A DNA stretch of 64,000 bases from the NCBI GenBank assembly GCA_001897855.1, contig MKUO01000018.1:147513-211512 (forward strand), read 5' to 3'. Of the stretch, positions 9,718 to 19,904 are shown piece by piece; position 1 is the stretch's first letter; each line of letters begins with the position of its first letter. The notes below the pieces were generated by a model. The model was not told the DNA's origin and did not search any database. It saw only the letters and a program-made list of their open reading frames with translations. A program made the position numbers and the translations under genes. This DNA comes from Bacteroidetes bacterium 43-93 (GTDB lineage: Bacteria > Bacteroidota > Bacteroidia > Chitinophagales > Chitinophagaceae).

Positions 9718-9761
9718 AATTTGTCCTTAGTTTTATTTGAGACAAATTTCAGGGTGCTTTA

Positions 9762-9777
9762 TGACAGCTGTTTGTCA
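9762..9777. promoter_or_regulatory. palindrome TGACA-N6-TGTCA, candidate operator of the adjacent HTH-WYL regulator
   Basis: inverted repeat 45-60 bp upstream of the VOC start. Confidence 0.5.
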
Positions 9778-10491
9778 GGGGTTAGTATAATTCTTTTGTC
9801 TTTGCTCCAGGTAGGAAGCTAGTGTCATTTCATGCGGAGAAAATGTTTTCCCGGTGCTGGTCAGCGACGTAATGCGATCGAGCCTAAACATCCTGAAATC
9901 ATTTCTTAACCGGCAAAAGGCGATGACAAGCCAGTTTTCTTCCAGGCTATAATAAAGACCAAATGGCTCTATTTCTCTTTCGGTTAAATCTTCAGTATCA
10001 CCATTTTGATAGGTGATCTTCAAAACTTTGAAGCCGGTTAATGCCGCTTGTATTTGGGTAAGTGAATCGCTGGAAATGCTTCCTGTAAATGCCGGGCTTA
10101 TTGCTATGCGCTGTGACAAGAGCAATGCCTTTTCTTTTGTTCCTAAACGCAGCACCGCCCTGATCTTATCAATAGCTGTACTATATTCGTTAACCAGCGA
10201 AGTATCTCTTGTTTTATTAACAAGGTGTGCTGCTGTGATTAAGGCATTTGCTTCGTTTTCGGTAAACATCACCGGCGGAAGTTTATAGCCTTCCATTAAG
10301 CTGTAGCCTTTCCCTTCCTCTATATAAACAGGAACTCCGGCAAGCTCCAGCGTTTTCATATCCCTGTAAATGGTGCGCACGCTCACCGAAAATTTGGCTG
10401 CCAGTTGATTTGCAGTTACGAGCTTTCCGCTTTGTAAGCTTGTCAATATTGCAGTTAACCTTGCTATTCGTGTAGCATCGTAAAATTCCAT
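9775..10491 (-). CDS. YafY-family HTH-WYL transcriptional regulator
   Basis: LAAKFSVSVRTIYRD wHTH; REIEPFGL, WLVIAFCRLRNDFRMFRLDRI WYL domain. Confidence 0.92.
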   Translation of the reverse strand: MEFYDATRIARLTAILTSLQSGKLVTANQLAAKFSVSVRTIYRDMKTLELAGVPVYIEEGKGYSLMEGYKLPPVMFTENEANALITAAHLVNKTRDTSLVNEYSTAIDKIRAVLRLGTKEKALLLSQRIAISPAFTGSISSDSLTQIQAALTGFKVLKITYQNGDTEDLTEREIEPFGLYYSLEENWLVIAFCRLRNDFRMFRLDRITSLTSTGKTFSPHEMTLASYLEQRQKNYTNP

Positions 10492-10573
10492 CTTTCGGAT
10501 CTATGCCTCAAAATTAGCGAATCCACCTACATCATTTCACAAATGACTAATCCGTGAAAATTCAAGCATGTAA

Positions 10574-11725
10574 CTAATAGCTCCATCTTATACGCAAAAA
10601 ACACCTGTGATTTACATTTTCAAATTGATTGCTGGTTTCCAGAAAGAACGATTGCCAGAAAAGATTTATGTCCAGGTTCTCCATCATACTGTATTGAAGG
10701 GAAGGCAGAAAGATCAGGAGGTTTGTTCCGGGAGCATATAGAATACCTGTGGTGGCAGAGAATAACGGTGTGATCTGTTTTGTAGCAGATATCATAGTAT
10801 TCCATTTGGTAGGCATAAGCTCTTCCGGTGAGATCCTTAGATCAGCTACATTCCAGTTGGCTATAGGTGTATTTATTCCACTGTTGTTGAATAGAGCAGC
10901 TACGTTTACATACCATTCATTTTTAAACATATAATCTCCCTCCATGGTCATATTCAGATGATCGGTGCCATCGGCGTTTTTATATAGATATTGTATTTCG
11001 CCTTTAAACCCGGCATCTTTTATACTCCCTGCCCAACCACATCCAAGAGTAACATACTCCCGATATAACCCCGAGATAAACTGCATATCGTAGTTCCATT
11101 TATTCAGGGATAATTTTGCCGCGGCTATATTGCCATTTTTTATGCCTGTGTTTGCATACGCTGCTTCTATACTGACTATGTTATTGAAACGATATGAGAT
11201 TCTACCTCCATCTGAACCGGGACGTTCTTCATAATCGAAATCAAGAAAGTTATAAGTATTGAAAATATCATTGGGGTTCCATGTGGTAGTTATGCCCCAA
11301 TTGATACGTTGCCGGCCGATACGGATATCAAGCTTGTCATTGCCATAATTAAAATATAGCCGCTCCACATTTGTATGCACGATGAATGAACTGTCTGATA
11401 TCCATGCTTTTTGCAGATCAAACTTTTCATTTGTATTTCGTAACAATGAAGCAAAACCGGGTGTCAACCTAACCTCTTCGCCCCAGAACACACGATTCCG
11501 TAATTCTGTTACGATAGTGATATTGCTGACCGGTTTCCATTTAAGATTAATGCGGTTGTGAATAAGACCGGATGATATAGCGTTTTTAAAGTCTTTATTA
11601 AAGCTAAGCACCTGCATGTCTTTAATATATCCATGTACCATAACGTGGCCGGGGAATGATATACTATCATCAGCATAGGCTGCAATGCAAAGAAGATGTA
11701 CAAAAATGAGCAGCCACTTTTTCAT
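10574..11725 (-). CDS. outer-membrane beta-barrel-like protein in the ABC operon
   Basis: signal peptide, GRQRINWG motif, terminal LRIRWSY. Confidence 0.65.
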   Translation of the reverse strand: MKKWLLIFVHLLCIAAYADDSISFPGHVMVHGYIKDMQVLSFNKDFKNAISSGLIHNRINLKWKPVSNITIVTELRNRVFWGEEVRLTPGFASLLRNTNEKFDLQKAWISDSSFIVHTNVERLYFNYGNDKLDIRIGRQRINWGITTTWNPNDIFNTYNFLDFDYEERPGSDGGRISYRFNNIVSIEAAYANTGIKNGNIAAAKLSLNKWNYDMQFISGLYREYVTLGCGWAGSIKDAGFKGEIQYLYKNADGTDHLNMTMEGDYMFKNEWYVNVAALFNNSGINTPIANWNVADLRISPEELMPTKWNTMISATKQITPLFSATTGILYAPGTNLLIFLPSLQYSMMENLDINLFWQSFFLETSNQFENVNHRCFLRIRWSY

Positions 11726-11729
11726 TAAA

Positions 11730-12446
11730 TCATAATTTACCGTTCATCATCGTGTTTGATGTATCTTCTGCAACTGCCCCATCTACTAAGGTGACTACCC
11801 GTCTTGCACGTTGTATTACCCGCTGATCATGCGTAGAAAACAAAAAGGTTATTTTCTCTTCTTTATTAAGCATCTCCATAATATCCAGCAGATTTGCCGC
11901 TGATTTGGAGTCCAGATTTGCCGTTGGTTCATCTGCCAGCACAAAGCGCGGTTTACTAGCAAGTGCCCTTGCAACAGCAACGCGTTGCTGCTGGCCGCCA
12001 GATAGTTCTGCCGGCCGGCTATTTAGTTTGTCTTCCAGCCCGATCTCTTTAAAAAGTTGCTGTACCCTTTGTAGGCGCTCTGTTTTGCCGGCGCCCTGCA
12101 ACAACATAATAAACTCAACATTTTCTTTTGCAGTAAGTACCGGTATCAGGTTAAAGGATTGAAACACAAACCCGATGTTCTTCAACCTGAAGTCGATGAG
12201 TTTTCCCGCAGATAGTTTTGTAATGTCTATGTTGTTAATGTATATATTACCAGCATCAGCTTTGTCGAGTCCTCCGATCAGATTAAGTAAGGTTGTTTTA
12301 CCAGAGCCCGATGGCCCCACAAGCGCAGTAAATTCACCTTCCTCAATATGCAGGTGCACATTATTTACCGCATAAACCGGTATCGTATCGGCATTGTAGA
12401 TCTTGCTGATGTTATGGGCGTCAATAATTGCTTTTCCGTTCGTCAT
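11730..12446 (-). CDS. ABC transporter ATP-binding protein (LolD-like)
   Basis: GPSGSGKT, LSGGQQQR, LADEPT, STHD. Confidence 0.95.
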   Translation of the reverse strand: MTNGKAIIDAHNISKIYNADTIPVYAVNNVHLHIEEGEFTALVGPSGSGKTTLLNLIGGLDKADAGNIYINNIDITKLSAGKLIDFRLKNIGFVFQSFNLIPVLTAKENVEFIMLLQGAGKTERLQRVQQLFKEIGLEDKLNSRPAELSGGQQQRVAVARALASKPRFVLADEPTANLDSKSAANLLDIMEMLNKEEKITFLFSTHDQRVIQRARRVVTLVDGAVAEDTSNTMMNGKL

Positions 12447-12463
12447 CTTTTTAAGTTTTATGG

Positions 12464-13678
12464 TTACCTTCTCAATGCATCTGCGGGTTTTAATTTAAGT
12501 GCCCGCGCAGCCGGGAAAAGGCAGGAGATTATGGCTGTACTTACTACAATCACCAGTATACCGAAGAGTTTTTCACCCGGGAATTCGGGATAGACGAGTG
12601 TATTAAACCCAAAGCTGCTCATCATCTCCTTTCCCATACCAGACAAGTCAAGGCCACGTTTATTAAAGTAGCTGATTATACCCCAGGCTAGAAAGATCCC
12701 AATAGGAGTTCCTGCCGCAGTTAAAAAGAATGTTTCAAAAAGGATCAGCATAAAAACCCTGATCCTGCTGGTGCCTAGTGCTATCATCATACCTATTTCG
12801 CGCGTTCGTTCCAGTATTGCCATCAACATGGTATTAATAATTCCGAAGGCGAGCGCTATCATTATGATGACAATTATTATATACGAATATTGGTCAGTTG
12901 TCTTTACCATCAGATCCATTTCAGGGGAAATATCTATCCAGGAATCTACCTGGTATTGAGGCAAGTGTTGTTGCAATTTCTTCTTCACCGATGCCAGGTA
13001 TTTGTCATCCTGAATGATGATCGCTATTTCATGAAATTGATCGGTCAGCCCCAACAACTCGTTCAAGTCGGCAATTTTTACATATACATTTCGCTCATCC
13101 AGAGGGGCATTATCACTTTGGTATATAGCTGCAATGCGAAAGGCACCTGATACTATTTCTCCCGCAGTATCAGTAAAAGTCAATACCAGTTTAGATCCAG
13201 GTTTCAATTTCATCTTATCTGCCAGCTTTTTACCAATAAATACTTCATTCTTTTTCTTTTCGCTAAACCCTTTCCCTTTTTTGATCTTCAGTTTTAACTG
13301 CGATACACCGTTTTCCTGCGCAGGAATTATTCCGTTGATTTTCACACCGGCACTTCCTGTTGGCGTAATAAGCATCCCGGTAGTAATACTTCTTAACGCA
13401 ATCGCCTTTATTTCAGGGATCTTTTGTATCTCATGGAGAACAGTATTAGCATTCTTAATAAAGAACCGCGGTTCATAGTCCTTCTTAAAGTCAGTATCAT
13501 GAATCTGAATATGACCAATCTCGGCGTTTACTACCGTTGCGATCCTGCTTTTCATCATCCCTTTGTAAAGCGAAAGCACGGCCATACCTGCGAAAAGCCC
13601 TATCGCGATAGACATCATAACAATGATGCTGCGCATTTTATTTCGCCATATATTTCTCCATGCCATTAAAATGATCAT
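12464..13678 (-). CDS. ABC permease, FtsX/LolC-E family
   Basis: AWRNIWRNK, ERTREIGMMIALG; MacB/FtsX topology. Confidence 0.92.
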   Translation of the reverse strand: MIILMAWRNIWRNKMRSIIVMMSIAIGLFAGMAVLSLYKGMMKSRIATVVNAEIGHIQIHDTDFKKDYEPRFFIKNANTVLHEIQKIPEIKAIALRSITTGMLITPTGSAGVKINGIIPAQENGVSQLKLKIKKGKGFSEKKKNEVFIGKKLADKMKLKPGSKLVLTFTDTAGEIVSGAFRIAAIYQSDNAPLDERNVYVKIADLNELLGLTDQFHEIAIIIQDDKYLASVKKKLQQHLPQYQVDSWIDISPEMDLMVKTTDQYSYIIIVIIMIALAFGIINTMLMAILERTREIGMMIALGTSRIRVFMLILFETFFLTAAGTPIGIFLAWGIISYFNKRGLDLSGMGKEMMSSFGFNTLVYPEFPGEKLFGILVIVVSTAIISCLFPAARALKLKPADALRR

Positions 13679-13689
13679 ACAACTAATAG

Positions 13690-14907
13690 TTAACGTTTCA
13701 TTGCCGAAACAGGATCAAGCCGTAGTATTACATAAGCCGGATACAGCGACAATACAAGCCCAATAATCAATACGATGACACCCTGGTTGATAAAATTTGC
13801 AGCGTCTGTAGACGTTGGGAAAACGGGCTCAAAACCAAAGCGCGCAAAAGCCTCTGCAGTACTCCCTCCAAATCTTAATGGCCTTTTATTAAAATAGTGA
13901 ACAACAGGTATACTGGCCACAATACCGAGCAAGCAACCAATGAAGACAGTGAAAACAGATTCTAACAAAAAGAGCAGCAGCAACTTCCCTTTCCTCATCC
14001 CAATTGCAACAAGCATACCCATTTCAAATTTGCGTTCCGTCATCATCATTAATAAGGTGCCAAATATCCCGAAGCATATAAGCATGTACAGTACACCCGA
14101 AACGTATTTCATGTTATTAGTGTCCGTTTGGATGTGCTGCTTAATGTCTGGCATTATCTCTTCCCAGCTCATGACTTCATATTCTTCGCCAAGAGCGGAC
14201 CGTGCAGCGATAGCCGTTTCTTCTAATTCTTTGGTTTTCCTGATGGAAAGGACATAAGTGGTAATCATGCCGTAAGCACTGAAAAAATCCTGAGCAGTAG
14301 CCAATGGCATCGCTAACATCTTTTCATTTAATTCTGGTGAGCCAAACTTCAAAATGCCTTTTATAGGATATTTTCCGGCAGCTGTGGCACCGTGATAGCC
14401 CTGGCTGATTAGCACAATAGTATCATTAAGCTTTAATTTTAATCTATCGGCAAGTCCTGCCGCTAACAGTACGCCTTTATCATCCGCCTTTAAATAGCCT
14501 CCCTGTACAATCTTACTCTTCAGATGGGTGATCTTATCTTCTTTTGTGGGGTCAATTCCTATTATCAGGCACCCCTTTGTCAGATCACGTGATGAGGCGA
14601 GCGCGAATGATTCCAGGCGAGGGCTTACGTCAGAGATATTTGGCGTTTCGAGAATTTTGTTTTCAATTTTATTGCTTGCTTCAAAACTATTGTCAAGGTT
14701 CTGTTCATCCCAATAACCGTTTTTATGCACCTGGATATAGCCAGCATAGAAACTAACAACATTTTTTACCAGGTTATCAAATGCGCCCTGCTTAAGGCTG
14801 GTTGTGAGCACAGATAAGATAACTGCAAAGAAGATAGATGACATGGTGATAAGTGTGCGGTTACGATTTCGCCAGATATTTTTCCATGCCATCTTTACTA
14901 ACCACAT
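13690..14907 (-). CDS. ABC permease, FtsX/LolC-E family
   Basis: AWKNIWRNR, ERKFEMGMLVAIG. Confidence 0.92.
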   Translation of the reverse strand: MWLVKMAWKNIWRNRNRTLITMSSIFFAVILSVLTTSLKQGAFDNLVKNVVSFYAGYIQVHKNGYWDEQNLDNSFEASNKIENKILETPNISDVSPRLESFALASSRDLTKGCLIIGIDPTKEDKITHLKSKIVQGGYLKADDKGVLLAAGLADRLKLKLNDTIVLISQGYHGATAAGKYPIKGILKFGSPELNEKMLAMPLATAQDFFSAYGMITTYVLSIRKTKELEETAIAARSALGEEYEVMSWEEIMPDIKQHIQTDTNNMKYVSGVLYMLICFGIFGTLLMMMTERKFEMGMLVAIGMRKGKLLLLFLLESVFTVFIGCLLGIVASIPVVHYFNKRPLRFGGSTAEAFARFGFEPVFPTSTDAANFINQGVIVLIIGLVLSLYPAYVILRLDPVSAMKR

Positions 14908-14908
14908 A

Positions 14909-15649
14909 TCAAAGGAGCTTTTTCATATATTCTACAGAAAAAAAATCGTCTTTAATAGGTTTATTGTAACTGACCATCTTATAAACCATTTCGGTTTTCT
15001 GGCCTTTCTTATCGCTTGGTACCATCTCGAACCGCGTAGGTATCATGCGGTCATCCATAAGCTTAATATCATAACAATTCATGGTGTTAATAAGCTCGTC
15101 ATTTTCGTCATAAAAGCGGCTGTGCAATTCTATAAAGTCTTTTTTGTCAATGCATACAACCACTTTACTCCATACTACCGCGGCTTCCGGTTTGGGAATC
15201 ATCTTAATTATATAGCAAACCCTGTTCTGTATAATTGTGTCACCTGTTACGGTATGTATATAATCTTCCACAACCGAGGATTCCCGAACCAGGTCATCAT
15301 TTGTAAAATCTGTTCCCATCCAGTTCTGGCTCATCATTGATGGTGGTAATTTAATGGTACGTTCAAGAGATGGCATCCAGTTCCAGACTTCTTTTTTTCG
15401 TTTTAAAAATGAAATGCCTTTGTCTTTAACCGGTGAGAGGATAAGAATCATAGACAAGCTATTCCCCTTTATCCATATCCTGCAATTCATTTCCCTCGTC
15501 CAGGCAGGTCTGATCGTTCTTATCGTGAGTTCGGCCTGCATGGTTGTCCCACGCATCTTCTCATCTGCTTTCCGGACGATTTCCGTAGCATCCTGCGCAT
15601 AGCAAGAGAGCGATATAAGCAGTGTTAACAACAGGGAAGATACCTTCAT
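14909..15649 (-). CDS. outer-membrane lipoprotein-sorting (LolA-like) protein
   Basis: signal peptide; SWMGTDFTNDDL-type motif (NWMGTDFTNDDL), SPVKDKG. Confidence 0.85.
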   Translation of the reverse strand: MKVSSLLLTLLISLSCYAQDATEIVRKADEKMRGTTMQAELTIRTIRPAWTREMNCRIWIKGNSLSMILILSPVKDKGISFLKRKKEVWNWMPSLERTIKLPPSMMSQNWMGTDFTNDDLVRESSVVEDYIHTVTGDTIIQNRVCYIIKMIPKPEAAVVWSKVVVCIDKKDFIELHSRFYDENDELINTMNCYDIKLMDDRMIPTRFEMVPSDKKGQKTEMVYKMVSYNKPIKDDFFSVEYMKKLL

Positions 15650-15749
15650 GCAAACGAAGGTATTTTTTTCACTTTTATGCGTTAATGATACTCGTCAGTA
15701 TGCAAAATGACGTAGGGCATAGAATGCTCTTAATCATCTCGAGAACATA

Positions 15750-16472
15750 TTATAAAGCTACTCCGGATAGCCTGCCAACGGCAGCTGTGATCACCATAGC
15801 AACAGTTCCCCATAATGATATCCGCAGAACCGCTTTAAATACATTAGAACCTCCGGTTTTAGCGGCAATGGCTCCAAGCAACATTAGAAAAGCAATAGTA
15901 AAACCATATTGATAATAGACCATGGCTTTCAAAGGCAGGAAAATTGTAATAACCAATGGCAGGACCGCCCCGCAAGTGAACGAAGCGCCGGATGCGAGGG
16001 CTGCCTGCAAAGGTTTAGCCTGGCTTATTTCGTTAATTCCCAATTCATCCCTAATATGGGCGGCCAGGGCATCATGTTCCGTTAATTCCCTTGCTACCTG
16101 TAACGCCGTTTCTTTTTTCAACCCTCTTTGTTCATAAATAGTAGCCAGGTATTGTAGTTCGGTTTCCGGTATTTCTTCCAGTTCCTTTGCTTCACGGGCA
16201 ATATCTGACTTTTCTATATCGGTCTGAGAACTAACAGATACGTATTCGCCCGCTGCCATAGATAAGGCACCAGCAACTAAGCCAGCAAGGGCGGCCAAAA
16301 CAATGGGCCCACGCGTTTCACTGGCAGAGGCTACGCCCACAACTATACTTGCGGTAGACAGCAATCCATCGTTTGCTCCGAGCACTGCGGCTCTCAGCCA
16401 GTTGCTTTTATGAATATAATGCGGAGAGAGATATTCTTTTAATGGATTAGAATGCTTTGGTTCGGCGCGCAT
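15750..16472 (-). CDS. VIT1/CCC1 family Fe/Mn transporter
   Basis: LRAAVLGANDG, SMAAGEYVSV, HIRDELG. Confidence 0.93.
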   Translation of the reverse strand: MRAEPKHSNPLKEYLSPHYIHKSNWLRAAVLGANDGLLSTASIVVGVASASETRGPIVLAALAGLVAGALSMAAGEYVSVSSQTDIEKSDIAREAKELEEIPETELQYLATIYEQRGLKKETALQVARELTEHDALAAHIRDELGINEISQAKPLQAALASGASFTCGAVLPLVITIFLPLKAMVYYQYGFTIAFLMLLGAIAAKTGGSNVFKAVLRISLWGTVAMVITAAVGRLSGVAL

Positions 16473-16568
16473 AAGATTCTTATATTTCGTATTAAGCTAA
16501 AATAGTTTTTACTCCGTCTTTATTGAGACTTCCATGACATAAGCTGAAAACACCTTGGATTCATAATA

Positions 16569-17933
16569 CTATATCGCCTTACTAAACATGCCGCTTGTCG
16601 TCTTCACCTGTAACAAATAGGCGTCAAGGGTTGCGCAGATATTGCGAATGAATAGCTTGCCTTGCTTGATAATATGTAGTTCATTGTCCTGTAATTCTAA
16701 CAACCCATCATCAACCAATTTTTCAGCCTTGTTCCTGAATGATGCATATAGTTCTGCACCTAGATCGGCTTCGCTGATAGTGGTTGTATCTCTGCACATT
16801 AGGTTCAGTATATGCTGACGGATGACAATATCCTGATCGCTTAATAAATGTCCGTTTACCAACGGCCATTCACCTGCATGGATCTTTGCCTCGTAGGCTT
16901 CTACTTCCTTTTCGTTTTGCGCAAAAGCATCCCATGTATCGCTAATGGCGGACACACCAAGGCCTATTAGCAGACGATTATTAGTAGTGGTATAGCCCAT
17001 AAAGTTGCGATGCAGTGCGCCCTTCTTGTACGCAGTCAATAGTTTATCACCCGGCAATGCAAAGTGATCCATGCCTATGCTTACAAAACCTATCTTCGCC
17101 AGCATTTCATTACCGGTCGTGTACATCTTCAGCTTTTCCGCAGCAACAGGCACATCTTCATCTGTATATCTTCTCTGTCCTTTGCTCTTCCAGGGTACGT
17201 GCGCGTATGAGTAGAAAGCGATCCTATCGGGCATCAGGAGTTTTACCTTTTCAATTGTATCAATAATGCTATCTATCGTTTGCTTAGGAAGCCCATAGAT
17301 CAGGTCTATGTTCACACTGTCATATCCCAGTTCCCTTGCCCAGTCAATCACTTCCTTAGTACGCTCAAAAGTTTGTATCCTGTTGATAATAAACTGTACT
17401 GTAGGATCAAAATCCTGCACCCCCAGGCTGATGCGATTAAAACCAAGACGGCTTAATGTTTCTAAATGCTGCCTCGATGTATGGTTGGGATGCACTTCCA
17501 CGCTAAACTCATGCCCTTCTGCAATAACACAATCTTTAGTAAGCCCGTTAATAAGCCTTTCGAGATTTGCAGGTGAGAAGAAAGTAGGTGTACCACCGCC
17601 AAGGTGGATCTCCCTGATAACAGGCGTACCGTGCAACAAAGCCCGGTACATAACCCATTCTTTCAATACTGTTTCTATATACGGATCTTCTACCCGATGA
17701 TTTTTAGTGATACGTTTATTACATGCACAATACGTGCAAAGCTCTTCGCAAAAGGGCAGGTGAATATATAAAGACAGCTCGCCACTTTCTGCATTGTAGC
17801 GCTTCACAACAGATTCTTTCCATTTATCAATACTTAGCGTATCAAATTGCCAATATGGAACGGTTGGGTAACTGGTATATCTTGGCGTAGGCAAATCATA
17901 CTTCTGCAGCAGGCCATATAAATTATCATCCAT
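16569..17933 (-). CDS. hemN: oxygen-independent coproporphyrinogen III oxidase
   Basis: PRYTSYPT, CEELCTYCAC radical-SAM motif, GGGTP, GMDHF, HRNFMGY; start placed at MDDNLY. Confidence 0.95.
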   Translation of the reverse strand: MDDNLYGLLQKYDLPTPRYTSYPTVPYWQFDTLSIDKWKESVVKRYNAESGELSLYIHLPFCEELCTYCACNKRITKNHRVEDPYIETVLKEWVMYRALLHGTPVIREIHLGGGTPTFFSPANLERLINGLTKDCVIAEGHEFSVEVHPNHTSRQHLETLSRLGFNRISLGVQDFDPTVQFIINRIQTFERTKEVIDWARELGYDSVNIDLIYGLPKQTIDSIIDTIEKVKLLMPDRIAFYSYAHVPWKSKGQRRYTDEDVPVAAEKLKMYTTGNEMLAKIGFVSIGMDHFALPGDKLLTAYKKGALHRNFMGYTTTNNRLLIGLGVSAISDTWDAFAQNEKEVEAYEAKIHAGEWPLVNGHLLSDQDIVIRQHILNLMCRDTTTISEADLGAELYASFRNKAEKLVDDGLLELQDNELHIIKQGKLFIRNICATLDAYLLQVKTTSGMFSKAI

Positions 17934-17992
17934 AAAGGGCATCTTAACGGTGCAAATATCCCGCGGCAACCTCTCCCTAAAGATGATATTAA

Positions 17993-19060
17993 TCAGGTAT
18001 TTTCCTGCTCTGCATCAGCGATCAATGTCTTTAAAATGTCTGTAGTGGAAGATGTACTGAAATCGTAAACCGATTGCCCTACCCAAATGTTCGTGAACTC
18101 GGCATTCCCAGCTTTTTTTGCAGCTGCCCTGAGCGCTCCTGTTATTTTGTTTTGATAAGGATAAGGCAGAATGTATCCTGTATCTTCTATCGCGTTAATA
18201 AAAGTATTCCTGATGCCACGTGCATATCTGCCGGAAAAACTTTTTGTCAGTACTATTTGGCTTTCATCCAATGCTTCCAGCTTTTGTTTTTCAAAATCCT
18301 GCAATAAACTTTCTTCTGAAGCTATAAGTAAACTGCCCACCTGGTAAGCTGCGGCTCCCAATGTTTTAGCTGCCTGCAGTGTCCTGCCATTATAGATGCC
18401 ACCAGCGTATATTAACGGAACGGCAACCGCATCAAAAACCTGTGGCAGAAGCGAAAAGCCACCTCTTAACGGCACATTATCATCTATAAAACGGCCCTGG
18501 TGCCCACCTGCTTCGATGCCCTGCACGCAGATGATATCAATACCCGATCTTTCCAGTACAAGCGCTTCTTCCACAGATGTGCAGGTTCCGATAAGAAGCA
18601 CTTCATTTTCTTTCAATAACCTAATGGAGTCATCATCAAGATTACCAAAAGTGAAGCTGAGGATTTTGCAGCCTTCCTCAATAATAGCTTCTACTTGCTC
18701 TTTGTAACCATTTACCTGAAGATCATCGAAACCGGGCAGCAAAACATCTATTCCATTTTTCGCGCTTAATTGCTCCAGGTAAGTTTTTACCATCTCATAT
18801 TGCGACCGTAGTTCCGGCGTCACTACCGGCAATTGATGTGTAAATATATTTACTACAAATGACTGACCGGTAATAGCCCTGGTTTTGCGTATCAGCGCTG
18901 CACACTGTGCGGCAGGCATATCTGCCAATGGCAATGAACCTAAACATCCGGCTGCATTGGCTGCAGCGACCATTTGCGGCGTAGTAACCCCATACATCGG
19001 TGCCTGGATGATGGGATACGGTATGCCTAAAATATCTGTGAGCCTGTTTTTCCAATTCAT
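17993..19060 (-). CDS. nitronate monooxygenase family (NAD(P)H-dependent flavin oxidoreductase)
   Basis: PIIQAPM, QGIEAGGHQG, AGGI, FSGRYARG. Confidence 0.9.
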   Translation of the reverse strand: MNWKNRLTDILGIPYPIIQAPMYGVTTPQMVAAANAAGCLGSLPLADMPAAQCAALIRKTRAITGQSFVVNIFTHQLPVVTPELRSQYEMVKTYLEQLSAKNGIDVLLPGFDDLQVNGYKEQVEAIIEEGCKILSFTFGNLDDDSIRLLKENEVLLIGTCTSVEEALVLERSGIDIICVQGIEAGGHQGRFIDDNVPLRGGFSLLPQVFDAVAVPLIYAGGIYNGRTLQAAKTLGAAAYQVGSLLIASEESLLQDFEKQKLEALDESQIVLTKSFSGRYARGIRNTFINAIEDTGYILPYPYQNKITGALRAAAKKAGNAEFTNIWVGQSVYDFSTSSTTDILKTLIADAEQENT

Positions 19061-19171
19061 AGATATAAAGTTCGCAGAAATATCTTCAGCAAGTTAAATT
19101 AACGCAGCTACTTAAAGAACCATTTTTGAACGACGTTTTCTTAATTTCAACAAAGATTAATACCTCTTGAT

Positions 19172-19807
19172 ATGAGCATGAACTATGAAATGCTGATACA
19201 GTTTCTGATGGCTGCAATATGGGGCGGCCTGGTAGGGCTGGAGCGGGAATATAGAAGCAAAGCCGCCGGGTTCAGGACCATGATCATGATCTCGATCGGA
19301 TCGTGCTTTTTTACTATGATGTCTATATTAATTGGCGGCTCCGGCAATCCTGACAGGATAGCCTCTAATATAGTTACAGGCATTGGCTTCCTTGGCGCAG
19401 GGGTGATTTTCAGAGGCGAAACAAGGGTGAACGGTATAACGACAGCTGCTACCATTTGGGCTGTTGCAGCCGTAGGTATGGGTATTGGTGCCGGTTACTA
19501 TTTTTACTCCGCTATAGCCAGTTTGTTTATACTTATAGTACTTGCCATATTACCCAGGATAGAGCGCAGGGTAGATAATTTCAATCAATACAGAACCTAT
19601 AAAATACAATGCACCTACAGCACAGAAGTAAAAGCTCATTTTGAATCGATACTACGTGCATCACATCTTAAATACAGCCTGGTAAACGAGTTGAAAGAAG
19701 GCAATCGCCTGTCTATTACCTGGCAAGTGAACGGTCATGTAAAAGACCATCGCCAGCTTACGGATGTATTTATGAATGACGCACTTGCGGAAAAGGTAGA
19801 ATATTAA
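19172..19807 (+). CDS. MgtC/SapB family membrane protein
   Basis: GLERE, AGFRT, RIASNIVTGIGFLGAG, GITTAATIW. Confidence 0.93.
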   Translation: MSMNYEMLIQFLMAAIWGGLVGLEREYRSKAAGFRTMIMISIGSCFFTMMSILIGGSGNPDRIASNIVTGIGFLGAGVIFRGETRVNGITTAATIWAVAAVGMGIGAGYYFYSAIASLFILIVLAILPRIERRVDNFNQYRTYKIQCTYSTEVKAHFESILRASHLKYSLVNELKEGNRLSITWQVNGHVKDHRQLTDVFMNDALAEKVEY

Positions 19808-19904
19808 AATAGCCTTGCTACAATAATAACAGTAGCCATACGATAGCTAAAATAATATTTGTGGTATGGATTTTACGGGTAATAGCTGATTAATCTTAAC
19901 TATA

